NCBI GenBank assembly: GCA_903813345.2
Contig: CAIIXF020000001.1
Span: 43,524,001 to 43,588,000, forward strand
DNA length: 64,000 bases
DNA from: Owenia fusiformis
Taxonomy: Eukaryota
Direction of reading: 5' to 3'
The translations under genes and the position numbers were made by a program. The notes beneath the pieces were generated by a model. That model searched no databases, had not been told where the DNA came from, and worked only from the letters and a program-made list of their open reading frames with translations. Positions 1-11,589 of this stretch are shown here, one piece after another. Each line of letters starts with the position of its first letter. Positions within the stretch are counted from its first letter, which is position 1.

Positions 1-241
1 TTCAAATCTTCCTGGGCAATGCAGTAAGATTTTGACAAATTTTTGAGCTAGCCTATCTGGCATTTAAAAGTTGATTGATGGACTCCCAAAATATATGTTC
101 TTTATAGAAGGAGCTTGTATGACTCGACCCTGAGACATCTAGGCTATAACATCTTCAACTATCTTGATGTGCCAGCAACCTAAATATGCCAAACCTGCAA
201 CCCCTTTAACATATTCAGTTTCCTTTTCTATCCCTCATCAG

Positions 242-3200
242 CTGGCAGCTGCTAGAAGGGTTCTGAGCCAACATGCTAGAGGACCAGCCAGTGAGAAATA
301 TCTGAAGCAGCTAGAAGAGGAGTGTACAAGGATCTGGAAGAGTGGGAGAGAGCTTTGTGAACAGACGAGTCTCACTGGGAACCATTGTACAAATGCAGTA
401 AGTTTCATGTTAAATTTCCACCTTCGTAAATAATATGAAAATATTTCAATAGGCTAATACTTTTAGTAGTGTTTAGTACTATTAGAAACCCTCTTCATCT
501 CATGCCCATGAAAGGCACATACTGAGGTATCTAGTTGTCTGAATGACACACATCATATATCAATGAAGTCATTTTCTAAAACCTCTGGAATTCGCAATTC
601 GCATTTTCACCCATCTAAGTACCAATCTTGTAAGGAAAGCCATGATAAGGAAATCTGCCAGTACAAGTGACCCAAAGGGGTAATAACTGTACTGTTATAT
701 CTATTCAGTGATATTATCTTGTAGCTGCATAGACTCAGTGAAGATGAAGATCAGAGTAACAACCAAGGTGTTAAGTTACCTGTATTACCACATGCCAGCC
801 AGGTGAAAACAAAGTCTACCTGTAACTGTGGGAGGAAACAATCTGAAAGAGAAGATCCATTTGATCATAAGGTATGCTGAATAAATTAGTTCATGTAGTC
901 CTACCCTACCTCAATTCAAGTAATGATAATTAAGTAAAAATGTGCAGTCAAGTTTACAGACAAAACAACTGTAACATCTTAATAACTGTAATACAGTACA
1001 TTTATTAAACCAGCTTTGTTCATCTAACCTCTCTCAAACTCCAATTATTTCATGATAAAATACAATATCGATGCAGCTGGTATACCTTTTTGAAATCTCA
1101 CTCTCCAAATGATATAACCAATAATGTCTTGAAATTTTATTTTCAGGCTGCTAATTTTGACTTCTATGACCAATTAAGAAAAACATGTTGTGATAAGTTG
1201 GAAAATATAGAACTACCAGTATTTAAACCAAGCATTGCTGAAGTAAAAAGTTCTCCTGCTAAACCAATTGTTGAAGAGGCAGAAACACCTATAGCTAATA
1301 AAGATTTATCACGACTAGACATAGTCTCCGGAATGTCAAATTTGAGTCTCACTATGAGTTTAGGTGAGTTGAAATATTTTATTCAGGTCCTTAATGGTAC
1401 TTTAGGATATTACACAGTTTCATATTCATGTTATTCTCTTGTTTCCAAAAATGTTAATTTGGAGGTAATTCTAGTTCTCTTCAAGGATGAAGGATATGTG
1501 TGTGACTTCCTAAAATGACACCATTTATCCCTGGTATAATTTTGGGGAATTCTGATGTTTAAGCTAGAATCAGAGATGTAGAGGCTGGCAATATTGCAAG
1601 CAATGTTTTAAATAAGATGTATGATATGTCACATGGTTATTTGAGACCACAAGACTGAATATAATAAGAATGTTGCTCTTGATCTGATACTGCCTTAAAC
1701 TATTCATAGTTTCAACATTCAATAAGCCTATAATCTCACAATAATATGCAATTATAGTTGAATCAGAGGCCAGTGATTCCATGTACAGCCATGGTCCCCA
1801 GGGAAGTTTCACCACAGAACCACAACTTGAGCAACCACAACATGCAAATACAGAGCAAGGCTCTCAGAGAGATGACAGTCCAGAAGCTCTAGGGACTGAA
1901 GTTGAGGTATCCCAGCAAGCTACAGGTAAAACACATTGATGTAGACACATTGATACAGAAGAGACACATTGGCACAAATGAGACACATTGATACAGAAGA
2001 GACACATTGGCACAAATGAGACACATTGATACAGACGAGATACATTGATTGAAAGGAGAGATAGCGATACTAGATCAGTTTAAATGATACCTACATTTAA
2101 AGAAATGATTGATTCATTATATATATCTAGTATTCATTGGTTAACCAAGATTAATTCTAGCTACATCCTATGTTGTAAGTATTATTTGTATAAAAAGGTT
2201 GAAATGATGACTTTATACATGAAACATTATCAATGATTCATTATTTTCAAATGATTGCAGAAAGACAGCATTCCACTACAGAGTATTTAGCAGGGATGCT
2301 CCATAGTGTTAGTCCACCTGGTCTCCTGCCACAATTTCCTTCATGGTCCCTTGTAGGGTTGTCTAAATACAATGCTTACTCATATTCACAAGGTAGGGGA
2401 TATGGCTTAATGGTGCTGTAGGTTGAGACGAATGAGTAGGCCTAATCAAGACAGATTGCATGAACCTGCATTTTGAATTGCATCCTGACTTCTCCGACTC
2501 TAGCTTAGATAAATAGTCAACAGTTTTGTTTCTGAAAAGAAACTGACATGACTGATGTAGCCTTTTGTAAGAGTTTGAATATGAAATAAATGCCACCTAT
2601 TCATGAAGTAATAATTTTATGTTCCACACTGTCGCAACGCATTTGTTAAGTAAGTTGTTCAGTGAAAGGAAAAGACTGCATGCAAACGTGTTTTATTCTA
2701 CTATCAGGTCTTGACCAGCCTGGGTTCTTACATGGTGGAAACTTTCTTCTTCCCTGGGACCTCAATGGGAAAGGGGACAAGGAGAAATGGCCTACTGTAG
2801 CGGAAATGTCAACCAAAAAGGGAAAGTCAAAGCGAGGACAAAAAGGTTAGTGATGACATTAATTATATACAAAACCTAAACCGAGTGTCATTTTTATGTT
2901 CATCACCAGAAGTGGTGACATACAAGTATTGTTATAGTTTTGTGGACGGTGTTTTCTGGACAGTGTTTTGTGGTTGTTGTTTGGCATCTGTAACAGTGTT
3001 TTGTGTCTGTAACACTGGTCGGCATCTGTAACAAATGACAGGTTGTGACATTTTGCATGTTTAAAATGTCTTGTTTTTTTATTTTTTATTATTTAACTGT
3101 GAAAAAATCATGACTATTTGAAGTGCTTTTGAGAAATGTTTGAGAATCTGCAAAAAAATTTGAGCAATACTAATTTCCACCCAATGTTAATATTCTATAA

Positions 3201-4276
3201 ATATTCCAGATCAAGCTTCTGAAGTGAATGCAAAGATCTATCTTGGAATTGAATATGAATGCCCCAGGGGCCACAGGTTCTTTATCACATCCCCTGACAA
3301 GATTCTCAAGCTCCCCAGTGGTGCAACAGGGCCCCCTAAAGAGAACGCTGCAAAGTTATTGAACACAGATTTCCCACTATACACAGCCTGCCACTGCAGG
3401 TATGTTAAAGGGGTACGGGTAAAAGGGATGAATAAAGTGCAACTTTTTCTTGAATTTCTTCACTCTTACTTTAAGATATGTTGATAACCCTTTGAAATAA
3501 TACCCAAGTTGACTTGAAACTCATAAAGTGAACACCTGGAGAAATCTTGAGATTTTAGTCAATATCTGTAACCATGGAAATGTATAACAAAATGTGTTAT
3601 AAAGTAGTCAGCCAGATTTGAAACAAATATACTCTACTACTACTACTTCTCATACTCCAGTATTGTGTGCAACCAGGTTGTGACAATTTCTCATGTTATT
3701 GAGTTTAAAATATTTGTTTCAGGAGTGCAAAAGGCTACATAGCTCAGTTGATGCGTGTATTTGTTGCTGTCCCTGAGGGTCCAGTAGAGGTGTCTCTCAC
3801 TCCAAGGGTACAACCAGGACCTCCCCCATGCCCTGTCTTCCACCCTGGAACCACAAGTGCTGTACCATTACCCAAGGGCAAAATATGGGTCCTTAGACTT
3901 CCGTATCCTTTAATAAATTTACACCACCAACAGTAAAAGCTTTATTCAAATCACAATAAATTTTTTTAAATAATCACTGAAGTTTGCATATCCAGTATTA
4001 TCCACATATGTGTTCTGTGTCATGGATGAAGTACTGCATATACATGTAATTGTTAAGTGTGATTTGCATGTTATGTGACCTGTATTTGACCAGTCGCAGA
4101 ATAAGGAACATGATGAAACATGATGATCATATGATTATTGTTATACTCCTTTACTCTAGCATAGATTTATATACATTGGTGAAGATGGTCCAATCTTACC
4201 TCCAACTGACTCACAACATCTCAATTCTTGTAGACTACTAAAGGGACTGTTCACAATAACAGAGGATTCATCATGA
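242..4276 (+). CDS. SMG8: Nonsense-mediated decay factor SMG8, 3' part (5' exons lie outside the window)
   Basis: GT-AG exons with consistent phases: 242-397, 725-871, 1147-1363, 1758-1925, 2261-2392, 2708-2845, 3210-3399, 3723-3902, 4165-4276 (TGA). The translation contains SQHARGPA, TCNCGRKQ..REDPFD.KAANFDFY, STTEYLAGMLHS..PPGLLPQFPSWSLV, GIEYECPRGHRF and AQLMRVFV..QPGPPPCPVF..WVLRLP, which I recognise as the SMG8 C-terminal region. Confidence 0.95.
1929..2050. repeat. Intronic minisatellite, ~19-bp units (GAGACACATTG core)
   Basis: About 6 units alternating GAGACACATTGATACAGAA and GAGACACATTGGCACAAAT, directly after the donor at 1926. Confidence 0.9.
2890..3065 (+). mobile_element. Fragment of an old dispersed repeat (possibly HINE-like)
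   Basis: The motif TTTGGCATCTGTAACAAATG..ATTTTGCATGTT recurs at ~14245-14335 (+) and, inverted, at ~11865-11962 and ~20478-20542. Confidence 0.55.
3903..4164 (+). other. U12-type (minor spliceosome) GT-AG intron, last intron of SMG8
   Basis: 5' site GTATCCTTT at 3903; branch-like CTCCTTTAC at 4146-4154; AG at 4163-4164 with no polypyrimidine tract. Removal restores ...RLP|FIYIGEDGPILPP..LLKGLF, which fits the SMG8 C-terminus. Confidence 0.88.
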
Positions 4277-4616
4277 GGAGGAATCTAAATTATTGAAAAT
4301 TAATGTTGATGTAGATGGAATGAGATATATTAAGAACCTAGCTTGAGGACGCCAAAAAATAAGGATTATATTAGTATTTGAGGACTCTGGCACATAAATG
4401 AAGATTCTGAGACTATTGTTAGACTGTTTTGAAATGAATAAAATCTGAAAAGTTATTGAACCATTAGTTTTTAAGTTGTTACAAAAGCCAAGTCTGGGGT
4501 TTAATCCCAACTAAAAAAACTTTATCTTTTCATTTATATTACAGTTCTATTATATATCTATTTAAATCAATAACATTATTCAGAAAATCTCTTCATTCAG
4601 AATATGTGTTGATTAA

Positions 4617-5218
4617 AGGAATATTCCTTGCCAGGCCCTTTCTCTCTTGATATGGTAGCTATAATCATATATATAGTTTCCATATTTAGCAAAACATGGG
4701 AAAATGTTTTAATGTGGTCAATATTGATCATTTAAAAATCTAGTGCTTATTTCCAGTGAGCTGCCATCTTTTAAGATTTCTTGCAGGAAGTGATGTCATC
4801 AACTCTCAACTTCTATAACCTTGCCCATAACAATATAGGAAAGTAGCACAAAATCACTTCTAGATAAGTGATCATTACTTTCCGTGCAAAAATATTTTCA
4901 GGGCTTGTCAACTTAGAATAAAAGAAGAGATTTTCAGAAGGATTAAATAAGATACAAAGTTGAAAAAGAATATTTAGCTGGTTTTGTAATTCTTAATAGC
5001 TCCTCACCTAATGCTATATGCAAAGTTGAGAGTCGATGACATCACTTCCTGTGTGAAATTTTAAAAGATGGCAGCTTACTGGAATTGAGCATCACATTTC
5101 TAAGTGATCAAATTTGACCATATCAAAACATTTTTGCGTGTTTTGCTAAACATGGCAAGCATATATATGATTATAGCTACCATATGAGGAGAGAGATGGT
5201 TTGGCAAGGAATATTCCT
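4617..5218. mobile_element. Non-autonomous foldback DNA transposon, TTAA-flanked (Kolobok-like)
   Basis: TTAA|AGGAATATTCCTTGCCA ... TGGCAAGGAATATTCCT|TTAA, with ~195-bp imperfect inverted arms and RR...YY termini. Confidence 0.85.
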
Positions 5219-5293
5219 TTAAGGATTATCACCTGTACATTTTTGGAATGGTTTGGGATCACCTTGAATGTTGGGAACTCAATTTTTCAACTA

Positions 5294-6073
5294 CTGTAAA
5301 TTGCTTTAATTTGATTTCCGTTTTTTTAATGTGGCTGATGGATGGAAACCACCAAATTAAGTCTCCGCTAATTTTTTAAAAAATGAAATCCCTAGACATG
5401 TTTTCGTATAGTGCTTTTTCCATGTCTTACTTAGCACGATTTAACTTTGGTGAAAATCTTGACTGAATCATGGATGAAATGTCAATTTTAAACTATTTCC
5501 GAAGACCTACAGGTTCAGATAAAACAATCTGATACCAGGAGAGATAATTAGAGGTTATGTCACTATCGTTGCATATATGCCCGAGGGTTTCAGTGATATA
5601 TGGCCCGACTTTGGGAGGGACATTGATCACTGAGAACCGAGGGCATATGTGCAACTATAGTAACATAAACGATTTATAACATACCTATGATGATCTAGTC
5701 TGGTCAGAGAGTACCGTTTTCTTTTCTAATTGACTAGCAGTGGTTCGGTAATGATGATTTATTCCCATGTTTGTATCTTACGATATGTATGAGTCACATT
5801 GACCTAGGCCTAATGTATGACGTAGTCCCAGCGCTTGACCAATCAGAAAGTTAGCGGGCGCAGGCTTTTCAAAAGTTATATTGGCCCGCTATCTTGTGAA
5901 CAGTTTACACTATACATCCTCATAGGTATGTTATAAATTATGTTATTGGTGACGAGCTGTGAACTAAGTTATACGATTGATGATGGTCAATCCACCAAAT
6001 TAAACAGAAGCCAAAATTTGAAAATTTGCCCAATCCGCCAAATAAAATAGCGCCAAATTGAAGCAATTTACAG
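5294..6073. mobile_element. TA-flanked MITE with a nested hairpin element
   Basis: TA|CTGTAAATTGCTTTAATTTG ... CAAATTGAAGCAATTTACAG|TA. Internal insert at ~5545-5940 has its own inverted repeats. Confidence 0.75.
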
Positions 6074-6230
6074 TACATGTCCAATCCATTCTTTGAATAT
6101 AAAAAATATTTTTAACTTATTTGATAATCTTTCAGAAGAGTTTTAAAGGGGCAAAAAGTGCTTAGGGTGCTTATAAATTCAGGAATTAGATCTTTAATCC
6201 AGAGATATCACAGAAATTATTTGTGGTTGT

Positions 6231-7316
6231 AAAGAAATATCAATTTAAAAGTTTAATCTGAGATGATGCATACCTCAAGTATGTTATTTCCAGATTTCAG
6301 GCTTCATGAATTTTGAATCTTGATCAGTATTTAGTTTAAGACTGAAGATACACCAAACTCAAAGGTCCATGTGCAGTATGGCAAGTGATTTTAGATAGTC
6401 ATATCTTTAACCATGAGTAATTTCTGGGCATGTGTTTTTTATTAAAACAATATGTTTTCTTTCAAGTGAAGTACCCATAATGATGTCATGTCATCATTTT
6501 TGTCAAATTGTTGAACCTATTTACTCAAAAGAATCTTCTTTTTCTGCATGAAAAGATTATTCAACAAGGGGTCTTAAACTTCTTCATAAATAGAATGGTA
6601 TTGAAAGTCTAGTTTTGAAGATATCCATTTTCGATGACCAAAACTATGCTGAAAACTATGGATAGCACGAATTTTCCCTATGGGGGAATAACATGGGATA
6701 TGTGGTTTTTAACTTTAACACATTTCAATACACATCCCCTTTTCAGGAATTGTTAATATAGTGTAGAAGGAAAGAAAGAAATATCAATTTAAAAGTTTAA
6801 TCTGAGATGATGCATACCTCAAGTATGTTATTTCCAGATTTCAGGCTTCATGAATTTTGAATCTTGATCAGTATTTAGTTTAAGACTGAAGATACACCAA
6901 ACTCAAAGGTCCATGTGCAGTATGGCAAGTGATTTTAGATAGTCATATCTTTAACCATGAGTAATTTCTGGGCATGTGTTTTTTATTAAAACAATATGTT
7001 TTCTTTCAAGTGAAGTACCCATAATGATGTCATGTCATCATTTTTGTCAAATTGTTGAACCTCTTTACTCAAAAGAATCTTCTTTTTCTGCATGAAAAGA
7101 TTATTCAACAAGGGGTCTAAAACTTCTTCATAAATAGAATGGTATTGAAAGTCTAGTTTTGAAGATATCCATTTTCGATGACCAAAACTATGCTGAAAAC
7201 TATGGATAGCACGAATTTTCCCTATGGGGGAATAACATGGGATATGTGGTTTTTAACTTTAACATATTTCAATTCACATCCCCTTTTCAGGAATTGTTAA
7301 TATAGTGTAGAAGGAA
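6231..7316. repeat. Near-identical 544-bp direct tandem duplication inside a degenerate foldback element (~6147-7575)
   Basis: 6231-6774 is repeated at 6775-7316 with few differences. 7445-7572 is an inverted copy of ~6360-6480. Confidence 0.92.
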
Positions 7317-9135
7317 ATTTCGATATGTTCAAATTGAGAAAAACGAGATCCTCTTTTTAGAAAATAAGCCTAACATTTTTAAAAAAAGTGCCAAGGTGGG
7401 GTCCTAATCCATAATTTTTCAGAGAGTTGGATTGATATTTTACTATCATGGGGACTTCACTTGAAAGAAAACATATTGTTTTAATAAAAACCACTGTATT
7501 GATGGCCAGAAAGTACTCATGGTGAAAGATATGACCGTCTAAAAACACTTGCCATGCTACACATGGACCTTTCTTTCACAGGAATTTCATCTGATGTTTC
7601 TTGATTTCCAAAATATTTAACAAAGCAAGGTAAAAATACATATTTCATAATTTGTTGGAGAAATGAACAATTTGCAAGAATAATAGAAAAGGGACCAATT
7701 TCACGAGATTTGAATTTCCGTTTACCCGCCAGTGTCTGTCCAATAGACTGTTTTGGAAGTATGGCCAACTGCTAACAATGAACAAGAGTCACAAAAAATG
7801 TAGACTATAACAATATGTCACCACATTCACAAATTCAGTAGCCTACCATTCAAAATATCCAAAAATAAACATGCACATAAAATGTAAAATTCACTTTGTA
7901 AATACATTTACATTAATATTTTATTTCCATTAACATGTACACCTATTTAAATTATCTGGAGAATTGAGTAAAATATTATATATTTTGATGATCATTTTGT
8001 ACACAATACACAATGTGCTATATTGAAATGTAAGGGTTTCATTTACAATACATGTAAAATCATTCTCACAGAGGCTAGTAGTCGAGTATACATGTACTAT
8101 CTTTGGCTGTATGGCATTAAATGACTTCATTCACAATACAAAACATATTTCATAGGCCAAATACGATTTTGAAGATATTGAATTATGATAGTGTCCTTCC
8201 TATGGTGACATACACCTCCAACATCAATTTTACACAATGTGCATTGATATTTTACCAAAGTAGCTCTGCGGTTGTTAATTAATAATAAAACTTGAGAAAC
8301 CATGGCCATTCCTCAGGTAGACATGTGTCACAGAAAAGAAACTTACAGAACCTGTAAGTTTTGAAATGAAATGGAACAAGCTTTTAAACCTCAAATGGCC
8401 TTAGGTTTTCATCAATACATTTATCTTTAAAATGGTAAAACTGCCAAATTCAGCTAAATTGTATAAATATACAATTGGATTTAATTAGTTGTAAATGCAG
8501 AAACAAAGTCAAAGGAAACTGCCTGATTGTCTTCCAATCTCTTGAATAATAACATTCTTCAGATTATATCTTACGTCTAATTGATTTCCATGTTTTTTTT
8601 AATCTGCAAAAATATTTTAACTGACTGACAGTAAGTCATCTGTTCATATTTAGACAGATTTTTTTTTATCTTAAATTGTCACTGCCTTTAGTTCTGGCTT
8701 AGTATTCTGTAATAATCTAATGAACATTGCAATATTTATGATTAGCAATTAGGTGAACTTTGAGCTGCATTTTGGAGAACTCCAGCAAAATCAACTTTGA
8801 AGACTTCCTTTATTGAGGTAGGTTGTCCGCATAGAGAGTAGCCTAGTGGTGAATTATATTCCATGCTGAAGAGACCCATGAAACAACAGAGTCAATATAA
8901 CATATTAGTCTGCATAAAGTTCAGTATTCAAGGTTTTTGTACTTTTTGCTTTTGGGCTAGTCTAAAGCCAGTCTCAGTGTCATTTAGTTGTTGTTGAAAG
9001 TAACGAAAGGGAATAACTGTCTCTCATACCTATGCCCATGGGCTCTATCAGGTGGTAGATCCCATGCTATGCCATATAACAATGGATGGCAAACGTCTTA
9101 TCCTGATATCCATCATCTCTGTTTTAGAAACAAAC

Positions 9136-9609
9136 TTATGCAATGAAGTCAAGCGGTCTGTTAAAGCCTCCCCTTCTGTTCATGTATTGTCTATATTTTC
9201 TTTTGTGAAGAATGTTTGCGACATATGTATCATTACCATCAACTTTTTTGTTTTTAGTTGTATCGAAATTTCCAAAACCCATCACCTTCATCATTTGGAT
9301 CTCCTCCTCAGATTTCCCTTCGAAATCTGCTTCTGAGAGCTGAGGAGCGTTACTAGCTTCTTTGGACGACGATGCTTCGCTTATCTCTTCCTCATACCTA
9401 TCGTACTCTCTTCCGCGCTCATAATCTCTGCCCCTGCTATCCCGACGTTCTCTGTCGGGTCGATCTCGCCTCCTTGGTGAATTGGATCGAGACCTACGTC
9501 TTCTTGGAGACCTCGAACGTCGTCTTCTTCTATCCCTGTCTCGTGAACGGGACCGTGAACGTCTTCTTTTATCTGCTCTTCTGGGAGAGCGACTTCGACT
9601 CCTTCCCAT
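9136..9609 (-). CDS. SNRNP27: U4/U6.U5 tri-snRNP 27-kDa protein, intronless CDS, 157 aa
   Basis: RS-rich N-terminus [11 protein letters not shown] and the conserved C-terminus [51 protein letters not shown] start context. Confidence 0.97.
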   Translation of the reverse strand: MGRSRSRSPRRADKRRRSRSRSRDRDRRRRRSRSPRRRRSRSNSPRRRDRPDRERRDSRGRDYERGREYDRYEEEISEASSSKEASNAPQLSEADFEGKSEEEIQMMKVMGFGNFDTTKNKKVDGNDTYVANILHKRKYRQYMNRRGGFNRPLDFIA

Positions 9610-9699
9610 TTTTCGAATTTACTCTTTGTCATCTATTATCGCCCACTGACGCAGTATTTATGCGACCGTCCACTTTTTTAAACGAAAGTTTTTCCAGGG

Positions 9700-9982
9700 T
9701 GACCAGTGGCTACAGAACGTCTCCAAATACAAAATATCCGAATGTAACTCGTAATTTATAATAAGAAAGACCAAACAAACTGTATGAAATACATCAATGA
9801 AAAGTATCAATCATCTAAAAGCACAACCAATCGTTAGAAATCAAATTAATAAATTGCACGTTTGTTTTTACAGTGTAGTTTCCGGTTTCTAAATTTTTGA
9901 CATTTTTAAAATGTTAAGTTTTTAAGTTGCTGTCTAGGCCTACTACCACTCTAATGAGAGGTGATATCAAGTGAAGGTATGT
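9700..9982. promoter_or_regulatory. Putative bidirectional promoter (SNRNP27 / LRR gene) with a candidate non-coding first exon
   Basis: Head-to-head gene orientation; AACCAATC at ~9825; ETS-like TTTCCGGTT at ~9879; + strand donor GAAG|GTATGT at 9977. Confidence 0.45.
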
Positions 9983-10187
9983 TTATAAAAACTTTAGCTG
10001 ATCCAAGCCTCTTTGGTTTGATTTTAGGCTTTTGCATCTTCAAAAAGTTTCAGTTGAGTGTGACTGTGAGTGTCTTTTATGATTTTTATGACACATGTCC
10101 AAAAATAGGCTACAGTCATTAACATTTCCTCGACGACTTTGGCCCTGGAAAATAAGAAATTTATATAGTATTCGCAATGGGTCTACT

Positions 10188-10730
10188 TTATCCCGTTCCC
10201 GGACTATAGTCCTGCACTGATCGCATTCATTTGCCTGTACGATTACAACTTGGGAGAATTATCTACGCCCCTTACACTTAAGATACCTACCTCAATGCAT
10301 TGTAGAACTCAAGATGTAACTTCTAATATATTGGAACCACCGATTGTCTGGGTATATCGGCAGAACGGGAACATTTTCTCTTTTTCATCGAGAGAGATTC
10401 CATCACTTTTCAAAATGGTTGGATTTAAAAGGGGAATCCCCCGTTTGGCTGTCCCGGATGTAGCCCGGAAGTACCAATATGGAGGAATTTGACGGTTGAA
10501 ATAAGTTAAAAGTTACACGCAAATATTGCGATCAAAAACGAAAATGTCTTTGTTCTGCCGATAAACCCAGACAATTGTGGATTCAACTACACGAAAAGAA
10601 TGCTAAATTACCAAGGAATCTATTGAAGTAGGTATCTGAAGTGTAAGATCAGTAAAAAATTCTCCCATGTTGTAATCGCACAGGCAAAAGATTGAGATGT
10701 TCACAGGACCATAGTCCGGGAACGGGATAA
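10188..10730. mobile_element. Non-autonomous TIR element with TTA...TAA termini and an 8-bp TSD
   Basis: TIRs TTATCCCGTTCCCGGACTA / TAGTCCGGGAACGGGATAA; TSD GGTCTACT at 10180-10187 and 10731-10738; the empty site is visible in sister repeat units. Confidence 0.9.
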
Positions 10731-11120
10731 GGTCTACTTACCAGTAATGTTGCAAGTCCTTGTACGCCCAAAGATAACCAATCAAAACCATGGGCTTTCA
10801 CTGAGTGTCATTTTTATGATTTTTATGACACATGTCCAAAAATAGGCTACTGTCATTAACATTTCCTCGACGACTTTGGCCCTGAAAAATAAGAAATTCA
10901 TTCGCAATGTGTCTACTTACCAGTAATGTTACAAGTCCTTGTATGCCCAAAGAAAACATCTTCAAAATAAGCAATCAAAACCATGGGCTTTCACTGAGTG
11001 TCATTTTTATGCTTTTTATGACACATGTCCAAAAATAGGCTATAGTCATTAACATTTCCTCAACGACTTTGGCCCTGAAAAATAAGAAATTTATATAGTA
11101 TTCGCAATGTGTCAACTTAC

Positions 11121-11589
11121 TAGCGTTGTTGCGATTAAGCTATACATCGCGATATACATCGCCAAAGCTGATTCTGGCGATGTATCGATGTCTGAAACAA
11201 AACATCGATGTTTTTAAAAAAAATTAATTTGCTAAATATCACCCTTTCTTATCTTATTTTGACGCAAATCGCTTACCTTTCTCATGTCTTATTTCATTTC
11301 CAATGTTTTCTGATATTCTTTCGCTTTAAAACTGTTTTAGCTAGTCGAAATGAACCTTTTATCTAAAAAAATTTACTTTACTTTCATTTCACCGTTACTA
11401 GAAGTTCCCGGATGTACAAGCGTACTCTTATTAATTTGTTCTGTTCAGTATTTTAGTGCATTAGCGTTCGGTGTTTCAGTGCACTTTTCTCGGACTTTTT
11501 CTCGATGTATATCGCGATGTGCATCGATGTTTACTACTGAAAATTGCCGATGCATCAATGTACGATTATGGCACATCGCGACAACACTA
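11121..11589. mobile_element. hAT-like MITE
   Basis: TIRs TAGCGTTGTTGCGAT / ATCGCGACAACACTA; 8-bp TSD CAACTTAC at 11113-11120 and 11590-11597; subterminal CATCG/CGATG repeats. Confidence 0.88.

Noticed and set aside
1..30. Possible SMG8 exon end at CA|GTAAGA (~24)
   Set aside because: The translation does not resemble the SMG8 residues expected before LAAARRVLSQHARG, so it is treated as intron.
9052..9761. ORFs overlapping SNRNP27 (9052-9336 +, 9372-9761 +, 9381-9632 -)
   Set aside because: Shadow frames of a low-complexity RS-coding region with no recognisable homology.
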